Positions 27,801 to 35,500 of a stretch of DNA of 64,000 bases are shown here, piece after piece. Numbering within the stretch: the first letter of the stretch is position 1; each line of letters opens with the position of its first letter. Under the pieces are notes generated by a model that saw only the letters and a list, made by a program, of their open reading frames with translations, was not told the DNA's origin and searched no databases. The stretch spans positions 1-64,000 of the IMG/VR virus record IMGVR_UViG_3300045107_000159. One strand, given 5' to 3'. The translations under genes were made by a program, and so were the position numbers. Source of the stretch: a virus.

Positions 27801-29854
27801 CCCGTTCGCTCATCCTCGGCGGCAACCTGACGCTCGCGGCCGCGTTTTCGACGTCGGGCGCGAACGCGCTCACGCTGACGACAACCGGTTCGACGAACGT
27901 GACGCTCCCGACTAGCGGGACGCTCGCCACCAGGGCCGGCTCCGAGACGTTCAGCAATAAGACGCTCGACAACACGAACGCCTTCAACGGCTACTTCGAC
28001 GTCGCCAAGATTTCGGCGCCGTCGAACCCGGCCGCCGGAAACTTCCGCGTCTTCGCCAACACGACGACCGGCAAGCTCGCCTGTCTGGACAGCGCCGGCG
28101 CCGACTGTATGCCCGCGGGCGGCGGCGGAGGCCTCGGCGACCCGGGGGGCAACGGGATCGTCGTCAGAACCGCCTTAAACACGACGACCGCGCGCACCAT
28201 CAGCCTCTCGTCGAATCTGTCGGGGTCGAACCTCGACGGCGTGAGCGGCAACCCCTCGATCGACACGGTCCAGGGCATCCAGATTACTTCGACGCCACAG
28301 TTCGCGGCGCTCGGCCTGGGGGCGGCCGCCCCGACCGCCGGGCAGACGATCGTCGGACTTACCCTTTCGACGCAGGCGACTAACACGGTCGCCGCGCAAA
28401 ACCTCTCCTTTTCGCTGACGAAGAATAACGCGAGCTCCCGCACGTTTTACGGGCAGCTGATTAAGCCGACGCTCGCCGTCGGCGGCTCCAACAGCAACAC
28501 GGTCATGGTCGTGCGCGGTGTCGACACCGTGAACACGTCCCTTACGGGAACGACTGTCTTGCTCGACCAGTGGAATTTTGGCGGCTCCGAAGTCGCGAGG
28601 ATGGCGAGCAGCGGCGTTTTGACCACAGTCTTGAATATCACCGGCGGCGAGCAGGTTTCGCAGACTCCTTCGAGCTCTCCGCCGTTTGTCGGCCCTCTGA
28701 GCAAGCTGGCCGTGTTCGCGATCGACGACGAAACAGTCTATTGGAACTACGGCCTTACGAACGCGGCCGCGCCGTCGAATTGGGGCGCGCAAGTCCAGAA
28801 CTCCGGCGATCTAATCATCGCGAATTTCACCACGGGCGGGACCGGGCAAAGTTTGGTCACGTTCCCGGCCGCCGGCGGGATAATGCTGAGTCCGGATGAC
28901 GGCTCCACGACACCGTTTAAGGTCAATTCGGGCGGGGTCTTCTACAACAAGGACGCGCTAGGAACGACTTCGACCGACGGATTTACTCTGCTCAATAACA
29001 CGGCGGCCGCCGCGGGCGCGCAGCAGATTTCACCGCGCCTTCGTTTCACCGGCCAGGGTTGGAAGACCGCCGCGACGGCCAGCTCGCAGACGGTCGACTT
29101 CGTCGTCGAGGCCTTGCCGGTCCAGGGCACGGCCAACCCGAGCGTTACTTTAAATTTCAGCAGCCAGGTCAACGGCGGCGGCTACACTCAGCGCGCGTCG
29201 CTGACCAGCGCCGGGCTTTTCACCGCGACGTCTCTCGCCGGCGACGGCTCGGCGATCACCAACCTGAACGCGTCGAACCTGGCGACGGGCTCCGTCGCGA
29301 ACGCCCGCCTGTCCGCGCAGGTCGTTTTGACGAATCAGGCGAACACCTGGTCGACCGGCGCGCAGGACATGGGCTCGGCCTCCTCGCTGAAGGTGCCGAC
29401 GTCGGGCGGCGCAGCGCCGACCACCGAGGGCCAGGTCGCGGTCGATTCCACTTCGCACGAAGGCAAAGTCGCCATCAACGGCGCGACGGTCTCTTTTACC
29501 TCGTACGACCTTTCCGGCTCCGTGACGTCGAAGCCCGGCTCGTCGCAGGTCGTGCTGCGCGTGGTGCTGGCTCGCGCCGTACAGCTGTTCACCGGGACGA
29601 TCTCGAACGGAACAAACGCCCCGGTTAAGGCGGGCACCGCGGCGACGGCTCAAACCGATTTCACGGTCGCGAAAGTGGGCACGGGCACAATTTGCACGCT
29701 CCGTTTCGCGGCGTCGGGCACGCAGGCGACTTATCAGTCTTGCACGTCGACGAGCTTTTCCGCCGGCGACGTGTTGACGATCACCGCCCCGTCGTCTCAG
29801 GACAGCACGCTTGCGGACATCGGCTTCACAATTCCCGGGAGGTTGGGTAACTGA
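21800..29854 (+). CDS. giant (2,684 aa) beta-helix fibre / depolymerase-like protein with Sec-type signal peptide
   Basis: N-terminus MKKLFLLVFLLLALAAPALA-TD. Two pectate-lyase/tailspike-type N-caps (VTDFDAPINGTDDATAAIQACI, and VSDYGADPTGTADVSAALGNCL followed by CYAPAGTF). Parallel beta-helix repeats (ISNNTIDNAGGQGINIE, NRINQAAAQGILIQGGNNN). Two poly-Gly hinges followed by DPGxNG[IV]V[IV]RTALNTTTART. A 100-aa tandem repeat. Confidence 0.7.
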   Translation: MKKLFLLVFLLLALAAPALATDVTVAASQMPDFNASNIGSDVTITGVIATNGSTILISSGKWRPNWVGIGGFRITIDFVDYTVAYVTDSNFLMLTTPYAGTTTSAATVVWHKYAELRFYVSSPFRPLGKDYIVQSGTPGSGAWYKRVAASVLTVAGVNTLFIPQVVLDATTDSPTDNTAQYQAAFYTAAGAEIQRFDCFRQFGLPPITPTNWADVCTYNSSPINARNVNAYTQDQSDAMHPSCAQDQLAYYATTGRAQKCLSLGSNLSIVNGVINSTGGGGSSNGVRQALNAVTDFDAPINGTDDATAAIQACINASTTGKQCQIPGLAAGYSVTGLNLPDNAYVVGDGGRNGRTTLKGTSPSTPIFSVLNTAANATIVGIKITGLPVGSGQYGIVLDGTGDYAGVVLDDVSIGQVGADGLYIRKAFSSKFSNLSFDLVTGVSLVYDGANKPSNLFENVYVHRLGSAQSVAYWIKSGEFVCDGCNGIDTFRPDTVTMEVGSSVASHGVDSTGYAVLRNSNLEGFGLYGTHFYFNSKADFLHGTTLIQAVFSTQLTSTISNAQTTIPVGSTTDFLPTANVLRIQNEILECAGKTSNSFTGCTRGAQGSTAAIHAGASFVENHNAVPILYEVEPSLFPDFFPPGKMDDTVSFGGGPETEFNRSHAVWSIGGVPPLQMDGQGGSISPGNAAYPLATYWNVTKSASYMLKRADGGGQWLTVTGSTNIDSVGVNLIKANCSAPCTIRLPWPGWYLTSHPIVIKDVSGNASANNITLTAGSGGTVNGGSYVINQNGGSVTLWGENTSADYKVVAAYPITGGSAVNIRQAFNLVSDYGADPTGTADVSAALGNCLAASAAAGGKNCYAPAGTFKLTAQATAPAGSTLVGDGDNTVFTGSFVGDLINVGGSNVELSYFKTAGAHRRGVIVASGATNVRVHHVNFTGATAHTNGLPTAAFLASGQNNDLFITDSRFAGNGNLSNTDDGADIFIAATTSPFNNRVRISRNTISGGSSRFSVVCYDCFDSEASDNTIDQNNQMASSTPANISGYGILFYSGGTSSGVIQRNRITNNHVSNTAGSGIYLVNSWGSLVANNTVFDTTKQQIDGTLPVGGITLNGSEQGTVTGNTVKRTTQGNGIAVLGNASTTTLSGGISSGTTSLTVASTLVFGAVGDKVTVTIGTEKIICTISSATSWTACARGQYGTSAASHSNGDTISFSSMTGTVVANNTIIAAGGTASINLRNFCNGCVVDSNAISGGSIGIANTTGTVINDARISNNTIDNAGGQGINIETANNSAFVGNRINQAAAQGILIQGGNNNQVVSNTVTNAGAAALDMRATRTVVYLNEVTQNPTGISDTGVFNIYRGNKVFGNTTNSSISTASQQITITSGATPDVSEASEFNLTYGSPTTITNFLGGSPLDPIKVFRATNSNVTLQGGGALSLNGNNGFQMATNDTIIFYWSNGWYEIGRKSATNPYVVGRLIIGPDSFGNAIDVTQASAAASPVRASVKNSTASGWAGLTLYNDAHNGGLEITGTGYSGSFLGGSGAPSGEAVNLYSSANFPVVFGSNNSARGYITGSGDWALGLGGLATNATGPFVYMPSMAGTPTGVPATSISGMVPFVFDVLASKIWVYTAGSWAAFGSGGGGGGGLADPGANGVVIRTALNTTTARTLTGTTNQILIANGDGVSGAPTISTPQNLDTAALFQVGALGVGTPAPSAGGIDLIGIPINTNAGNTVAMFNGFHQLIKNSALTRTYYGVFLKPQINTGVSNTSTTYNLFAIDTTNTSTTGVTTNLINVKYGGSLVFNVDQAGLLTLADGSTFATSGNHAITLTTTGTTGLTLPTTGTLATLAGTETFTNKTINGGTHTGITSLGIRSTGSGAFDLTLANTENLTAGRTLTITLNDAARTLNLGGNLTLAAAFSTSGSNALTLTTTGSTNVTLPTTGTLATLAGTETFTNKTITGGAHTAITSLGIRSTGTGAFDLTLANTENLTAGRTLTITLNDAARSLILGGNLTLAAAFSTSGANALTLTTTGSTNVTLPTSGTLATRAGSETFSNKTLDNTNAFNGYFDVAKISAPSNPAAGNFRVFANTTTGKLACLDSAGADCMPAGGGGGLGDPGGNGIVVRTALNTTTARTISLSSNLSGSNLDGVSGNPSIDTVQGIQITSTPQFAALGLGAAAPTAGQTIVGLTLSTQATNTVAAQNLSFSLTKNNASSRTFYGQLIKPTLAVGGSNSNTVMVVRGVDTVNTSLTGTTVLLDQWNFGGSEVARMASSGVLTTVLNITGGEQVSQTPSSSPPFVGPLSKLAVFAIDDETVYWNYGLTNAAAPSNWGAQVQNSGDLIIANFTTGGTGQSLVTFPAAGGIMLSPDDGSTTPFKVNSGGVFYNKDALGTTSTDGFTLLNNTAAAAGAQQISPRLRFTGQGWKTAATASSQTVDFVVEALPVQGTANPSVTLNFSSQVNGGGYTQRASLTSAGLFTATSLAGDGSAITNLNASNLATGSVANARLSAQVVLTNQANTWSTGAQDMGSASSLKVPTSGGAAPTTEGQVAVDSTSHEGKVAINGATVSFTSYDLSGSVTSKPGSSQVVLRVVLARAVQLFTGTISNGTNAPVKAGTAATAQTDFTVAKVGTGTICTLRFAASGTQATYQSCTSTSFSAGDVLTITAPSSQDSTLADIGFTIPGRLGN
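27240..27970 (+). repeat. in-frame 300-bp tandem repeat, ~2.4 copies
   Basis: 27301-27600 and 27601-27900 align almost base for base (CTGCCGACGACGGGCACGCTCGCCACCTTGGCGGGGACTGAGACTTTCAC...), with partial copies on both sides. The encoded unit is a T/L/G-rich 100-aa module. Confidence 0.9.
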
Positions 29855-30627
29855 TGACCAGAATATTTTCTTGTTTACTCGCCTGGATTCTAGTTTTCAC
29901 TGCCACGGTGGCCCCGGTCAGGCCGCAGCGCGGCGGTAATTCCTCGGCCGCGCAGAGTCTCTATCAAGGGCTCCAGGTTTATTACAACCTGGACGAGGCC
30001 AGTGGTGGCCGCTCGGCCGCTTTCCAAAACGCCAGCCTCAGTCTGACCGACAACAACACCGTCACGTCGACCACCGGCAAGCTCGGCCTGGCCGCGCAGT
30101 TCACCCGCGCGAATCAGGAGTCTTTGACGGTCGCGGACAACGCTTCCTTGAGTTTTGGGAGCAATACCAATTTCACGATCAGCTGTTGGGTGAACTTCAC
30201 CAGCCTGACAGGGGGCGAGGCGTTGATAGGGAAGTGGAACGTGTTCGGCTCAGGCCAGCGAGAATACGAAATCCTTTACCTCGCCGGCGGGACACAGCGG
30301 TTTCAATTCTCGGTCACCACCAACGGCACGACCATTACGACGGTCACCGCCAATAACTTCGGCGCCGCGTCGACGTCGACCTGGTATTTCGTCGTCGCCA
30401 GTTACGACGGGTCGAACATTTCGATCAACGTCAACAACGGCACGGCGAACACCGCGACTTTTACGGCGGGCGTCTTCGACGGGAGCTCGAACTTCGCGAT
30501 CGGCAACGACTCTGACGGCGATTTTATGGACGGCCTGATTGACATGGTGGCTGTCTGGAAGCGGACTCTGTCGGCCGCCGAGCTCGCCTACCTTTACAAC
30601 TCCGGCAACGGCCGCGCGCCGTTGTAA
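29854..30627 (+). CDS. LamG/concanavalin-A-like lectin domain protein with signal-like N-terminus
   Basis: ATG overlaps the previous TGA. C-terminus GLIDMVAVWKRTLSAAELAYLYNSGNG is the characteristic end of the LamG_3-type domain. Hydrophobic N-terminus MTRIFSCLLAWILVFTATVAP. Confidence 0.6.
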   Translation: MTRIFSCLLAWILVFTATVAPVRPQRGGNSSAAQSLYQGLQVYYNLDEASGGRSAAFQNASLSLTDNNTVTSTTGKLGLAAQFTRANQESLTVADNASLSFGSNTNFTISCWVNFTSLTGGEALIGKWNVFGSGQREYEILYLAGGTQRFQFSVTTNGTTITTVTANNFGAASTSTWYFVVASYDGSNISINVNNGTANTATFTAGVFDGSSNFAIGNDSDGDFMDGLIDMVAVWKRTLSAAELAYLYNSGNGRAPL

Positions 30628-30654
30628 TTCTTCACCCATTTAACGAGGACAAAC

Positions 30655-31080
30655 ATGAAGTCGGTTATTTTACTTCTCGTCGTCGCGGCGTGCGCGGCGA
30701 CCGCCCACGCGCAGAAACCTCCGAAACAGGCGCCGGCGCCGGCTTCGGCCGAAGCAAAGCAGGACGCCCCGCCGGTCCCGCTCACCGAGGACGAATCCAA
30801 GCAGATCACGGCGATGGAAAAGGAGTTTCAGCAGCTCCTGGGCGAAGAGACGCTCACGCGGCAGGACTCGCTGAAACTGGCGGCGAGCGACAAGGGCGGG
30901 TACGAGGCCCTCGGCCGCCGCGTGCAACAGATCGCGCTGTCGATGGAGCTCTCGCGCGGGTCGTACAACCATTGGCTTGAGAGCGTCAGGAAGCGCACCG
31001 GCTGCGCCGACTGCTATTGGGATGGCAAGGCGCTGATAAAGCCTCCTCCCGCGCCGGCCGCGCCCGCGGCGGCGAAATAG
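30655..31080 (+). CDS. small secreted protein, 141 aa
   Basis: Canonical signal peptide MKSVILLLVVAACAATAHA-Q. Helical body with two Cys (CADCYW). Confidence 0.55.
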   Translation: MKSVILLLVVAACAATAHAQKPPKQAPAPASAEAKQDAPPVPLTEDESKQITAMEKEFQQLLGEETLTRQDSLKLAASDKGGYEALGRRVQQIALSMELSRGSYNHWLESVRKRTGCADCYWDGKALIKPPPAPAAPAAAK

Positions 31081-31100
31081 CGCGAAATCAACGGTCATTC

Positions 31101-31131
31101 GGGCGGCGGATTCTCGCCGCCCAAACTTTTT
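31101..31131 (+). terminator. terminator-like hairpin
   Basis: 8-bp stem, GGGCGGCG with CGCCGCCC, and a 6-nt loop, followed by AAAC and TTTTT. Confidence 0.55.
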
Positions 31132-31142
31132 GAGGGCTAACT

Positions 31143-32540
31143 ATGTTTGGTTTTCTATCGAGTCTCGGCTCAGGCATCAGCAATTTAGGATCTTCCATGG
31201 CGCGCGGAGTCCAAAAATTGGGCGGCGCCGCCAAACGCGTCGGCGACCCGGACGAGACATCGCCGAACCCGATTGAGTCCCCGGCTAACCTGGCGCGGCC
31301 TGACGTCCGGACGCTCGAAGACTCCGTCGCCAACGCCGAAAAGGGCGCGGCGGTCGACTTCGGCGCCGATCGCGGGGCGTTCTCCTCGCCCGGCATCCAG
31401 CCGGACGTGAACCTTCCGCGCTCGCCGGCGCTCTACAACGTCCCCGACCCGCCGCCCGGGCCGACGATGGCCGCGACCAGGTCGCCCTTACTTATCCCGC
31501 CGGCGATGCGCTCTCCCGACATGTCGGCCGCGGCGGTCACCCCGCCTTTCGCCCCCTCGGGCGCGATGGCGCCGGCGGCGGTCGACCGGTCGGAAGTTCC
31601 GATTCCCGCGCTTCCCGGCCAGGCTGGCGGCCCCTCCGCGTACGACCCGGTCAAGGCCGCGCGATATGACTATGTGATGCAGGGCGCGCGCCATGGCGAG
31701 GACGGCAGCCTCCTCACCAAGGACCATGGCGGGGGATTCGACCGCAATTGGAAGAACGTCGCGCAGAATCTCTTGATCGGCGCTTCCAGGGCCGCCGCGG
31801 CTAACCCGCACGACCCTATTGGCGCGGCGATCGGCGGCGCCGGCGCCGGCGCGCTCGGGACGATCATCAACCCCGAGAAAGGGCGCGAATTCACCTTCGA
31901 TTCCGTCCAAGGTCCGCGGATGGAGCGGGAACAGGAAAAGGCGCGCAGGGAACGTCAGCAGGCGGGCGAAGAGGCCTTATCGAGGGCCAAGATTGATCAG
32001 ATCATCACGGAGAACGGCCTGAATCGCGCCAGGACGGCCGCCACCGTCGCCGGCATGAAGGATTCCGACTTGCAGAGGCGCAGGTCGGAGGCGGAGATCG
32101 ATCTCTTCAACGCCCGGGCGGAAGCCGCGCGCACCGGCAAGCCGACTTACAAGGACATCGCGGGTCCCGACGGCAAAATCCAGACCGTCGCGGTCTACGC
32201 AAACGGCGACCAGATCCCGGTCGGCGGCTCCGGAGCGGCCGCGATGCAGCGCGACCGCATTGCGGCGCAGGATAAGCGCGCGGACGACCGAAACGCGGCC
32301 GCGCTCGAGCGGACGAAGGCTCACGAGGCCGGCGCGGACGCCCGTACAGACAAGACGATCGCCGGCGCCAAAGAGCGCGCGGAAATTCAGGAGCGCGGGC
32401 GCGACGCCAGGTCTCAACGCGCGCCCGGCAGACTCACCCGGCCCGGCCTGAGCAATTCCGGTACGTCCTCCGGATCGGGGCTGACGCGGAAGATCGATCC
32501 CAAGCGTTACCCGTCGGGCACGCTTAACTTCGATTATTGA
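31143..32540 (+). CDS. internal virion / ejection protein candidate, 465 aa
   Basis: GAGGG RBS. P/A-rich low-complexity N-terminal half and a charged helical C-terminal half. Lies directly upstream of the giant SLT-containing ORF. Function is inferred from position only. Confidence 0.4.
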   Translation: MFGFLSSLGSGISNLGSSMARGVQKLGGAAKRVGDPDETSPNPIESPANLARPDVRTLEDSVANAEKGAAVDFGADRGAFSSPGIQPDVNLPRSPALYNVPDPPPGPTMAATRSPLLIPPAMRSPDMSAAAVTPPFAPSGAMAPAAVDRSEVPIPALPGQAGGPSAYDPVKAARYDYVMQGARHGEDGSLLTKDHGGGFDRNWKNVAQNLLIGASRAAAANPHDPIGAAIGGAGAGALGTIINPEKGREFTFDSVQGPRMEREQEKARRERQQAGEEALSRAKIDQIITENGLNRARTAATVAGMKDSDLQRRRSEAEIDLFNARAEAARTGKPTYKDIAGPDGKIQTVAVYANGDQIPVGGSGAAAMQRDRIAAQDKRADDRNAAALERTKAHEAGADARTDKTIAGAKERAEIQERGRDARSQRAPGRLTRPGLSNSGTSSGSGLTRKIDPKRYPSGTLNFDY

Positions 32541-32588
32541 TTCTCTCTTTCCCACCACTCGTTACTGTCCACTGACCACTGACAAGCT

Positions 32589-35500
32589 ATGCCGTTTGAT
32601 GAACTAGACGATCAGGAACAGTCTGGAGGCCAAACTCCGTCCGGAGGCCAGCCCGAACAGCAAGAAATGACCCTCGACCAGTTCGAGGACCATTACGCCA
32701 AGGTGTTCAAGATCCCGAAATACCTGCGCCAGGCGATGAAGGAGCAGGAATCCGGGGCCGACGACACGAAGGCCTTGTCGAAAAAGGGCGCCGTCGGCCG
32801 CTGGCAGGTCATGCCGGACACGGCGGCGAAGTACGGTCTCGACACGAACGACCCGTTCGACAACGCTTACGCGGGGATGCGCTATCTCCGCGAGAAGTAC
32901 GACCAGGTCGACTCCAAAATCACCGAACCCGGCGCGCGCTGGCAGGCGGCGCTCGCCGGATACCACGGCGGCGAGCGGCAGATTAACCACATCAACAAGA
33001 CCGGGGAGATCGCGCCGGGTAACGACGGGAACATCGAGACCGGCAACTACGCCGACAACATCATGCGGCGCTGGCAGCAGCTCAGTTCGGGCGACCATTC
33101 GACCGGCCTCAACAAGGTGGAGATGGGCGCCGGCGACACGATGGACCTCGGCACGGGCAAGATTACGAAGCCCGCGCCGGCTCAGCCCGCGACCAAGCCG
33201 AAAGACGTTCTCGACGGCGTCCCCGTCGACCCGTCGAACCCGTTCGAGTTCCGCGCGCCGCTGGCCAAACTGCCGGCGGAGCAGCCCTCGCGCCTCCCGG
33301 GCGGCCCGATTCGCGCCGACGTCTTCGCCGGCGGGACGCCCCCGCAAAATTTGCAAACCCCTCAGCGGGCGCGGCTGGAGCGCCCGACGAGACAGCTCGA
33401 GCAGCCGAGCCCCTTCGACTTTCGGGGCCCGCTCGCGCAAGTCCCCGAGGGCATGGGCCAGGGGCCGCAACCTGGCGCGACGGTCAAGGTCGACGTCGGC
33501 CAGCCGGCCAACGTCGCGCCGACCAGCCTCCGCGTGATGCGCGAGGACGCGCGAGCCCGCGAGCTCGCCCGGGCGAAAGCCCCGCACGACCATTCCGGCC
33601 CGACCTGGCGCGACCTGCCGCAGGAAACCCGGAACATGCTCGAAAACCCGCAGGCCGCCGCGGCGCTCACCCCGGACGCGCGGGATTACCTCGAATCGCT
33701 GCGGGCCGCGGACGCGCAGGCGCAAGCGGCGTACGAGCGCGATACCGACATCCAAAACGCCCCTTGGTATCCGGAGCAGCTCGCCAACCGCGCGGCGCGT
33801 GGATTCAGCGGCACAATCGACAGCTCCGTTAAAGGTCTCTCGCTTCTTCACCCGGACATCGAGAACCGTCTCCGGCAGAGTTTTATCATGGGCACGACGG
33901 AGGAGGATCAACAGATTCTCCGCCGGCGCTTCCCGGTCGACCCTACCGACGATAGCTATCTGGCGAAAGCGGCGGAGGCCGCGGGTTCGGCCGTCCCGTT
34001 CGCGGCCACGTCCGCCATGGGCGGATTCCTGGGCTTTCCCGAGTTCCTTATCCCGTCCGTGATGGGCGCGGCGTCCAACGCCGGCCAGACCTACGACGAG
34101 GCGATTGCGGCCGGCCAGAATCCGGACCAGGCGAAGCGCGCGGCCGTGATCGGCGCGTTCATCGGCCTGAGTGAAGGGTTCGGCGTCGGGAGCCTCGGCG
34201 CGCCGGCGGAACACGCGGCGACGCACGGCCTTTTGCGCTCCATCGGCGACGAGGCGATGGAAGAGTTCCTGCAGGAAGGCTTTTCGCAGGTGATGAACAA
34301 CATCAACGCGAAGGAGCTCTCCGGCTACGACACGAAGCGCGCCATTACCGAGGGGGTCGCGGAGTCCGCGCTCCTTGGCGGCCTGGTCGGCGGCGGGTTC
34401 GGCGGCGCTCACCACGTCGTCGGCGCCGCCGCCGGCTCCCTCGCCGATCGCGCGGACAGGCAGGCGGGCGCGCGGGCGGTACAGAACGAAGGATTCGCGC
34501 CGCTCAACCTCACGCCGACCACCATGGGGCCGACGCAGCTGACCAGCTTGCGCCAGGCCGCGCAGCCCGAATACCGCAAACGCCTTCAGGAAGCGGCCGC
34601 GCCGGCGCAGGCGCAGACACAGGGCGCCGAAGCCGCGGCGGCCGCCGGGGCGACGCCGGCGGCCGAATCGGCGCCGGCCGCCCCGTTGACCGGACGCGCC
34701 CGCCTCGACGCCGCGGTTCAGCGGCTCCAGTCACTACAACAGCCGAAGAAGGGCGAGAAGCCGACGACGGCGCAAACCCTCGCGGACCTCGAAACCAAGG
34801 GCCAACAGCTCGCCACGTTCGCCATCCAGCGCGCGGACGCAGACCCCGACACCGCCAACCTGGCGTTAAGCCAGTCCATCGGCCACTACCAACGGGCGAT
34901 AAACACCCTCAAGGGCTCGCCCGAATACCAGGCCGAATTGATGTCCATCGCCGGCGGCCAGGCGGCCGAAACGCCGCTGCGCGACAAAATGCTCGAGCTC
35001 GACAAGACGCTCAAAGGCCTCCAGTCATTTTCCGAGCGGGACGCGCGCGCCGAAGCGGACCGAGTGAAGGCGCAGAAGGAAGCCGAGAAAAAGGCGGCGC
35101 AGGACGAAAAAGAGCGCAAGGCGGCCGAAGTGAAGGCGCAGCGCGAGGCCGACGAACGCGCCCGCGTCGATGCGCGCAACAAGAAGGTGGCGGACGCCGA
35201 GCGCAACCGCGCGGAGCAGGAGGCCAAACGGAACGCGGCCGAGGCGCAAAAGACGCTCGACCGCCGGCAGGCCGAAGAGTCGAGGATCCGCGAGCGCGAC
35301 GAAGCCGAACGCGCCAAGGCGGACCAGGCCAGCACGCGCGAGGCCGAGGGCGAGATCAGGCGCATGCGCCTCTTCGACGAGTCGAACGCGGCGGCCGACA
35401 GGGCGGCGGCCGACTCCAGATCCCGCGAGGAGTCCGGCGACTACTCGGGCGCGATCGGCGCGCTCCGGACGCAGCAGGACGCGCTACAGACCGCGCTGCG

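Noticed and set aside
27106-27987. 293-aa minus-strand ORF with a striking internal repeat (V/S/P-rich).
   Set aside because: It is simply the antisense reading of the 300-bp tandem repeat within the giant fibre-like gene.
26690-28330. Possible CRISPR array or diversity-generating retroelement (template/variable repeat pair) in the fibre-like gene.
   Set aside because: The repeats are 300 bp, contiguous and in frame, without unique spacers, so they are not CRISPR. No reverse transcriptase is present anywhere in the window, and there is no adenine-specific mismatch pattern between copies, so a DGR is not supported.
32604-34415. Long antisense ORFs opposite real genes. Examples: 603 aa at 32604-34415, 430 aa at 11465-12757, 472 aa at 17879-19297, 487 aa at 23162-24625, 420 aa at 42042-43304, 476 aa at 43797-45227, 370 aa at 37173-38285, 354 aa at 48396-49460 and 300 aa at 58542-59444.
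   Set aside because: Their R/G/A/P/V-rich low-complexity translations are typical shadow ORFs of GC-rich coding DNA. Each lies fully inside a better-supported gene on the other strand. None has an RBS or a recognisable motif.
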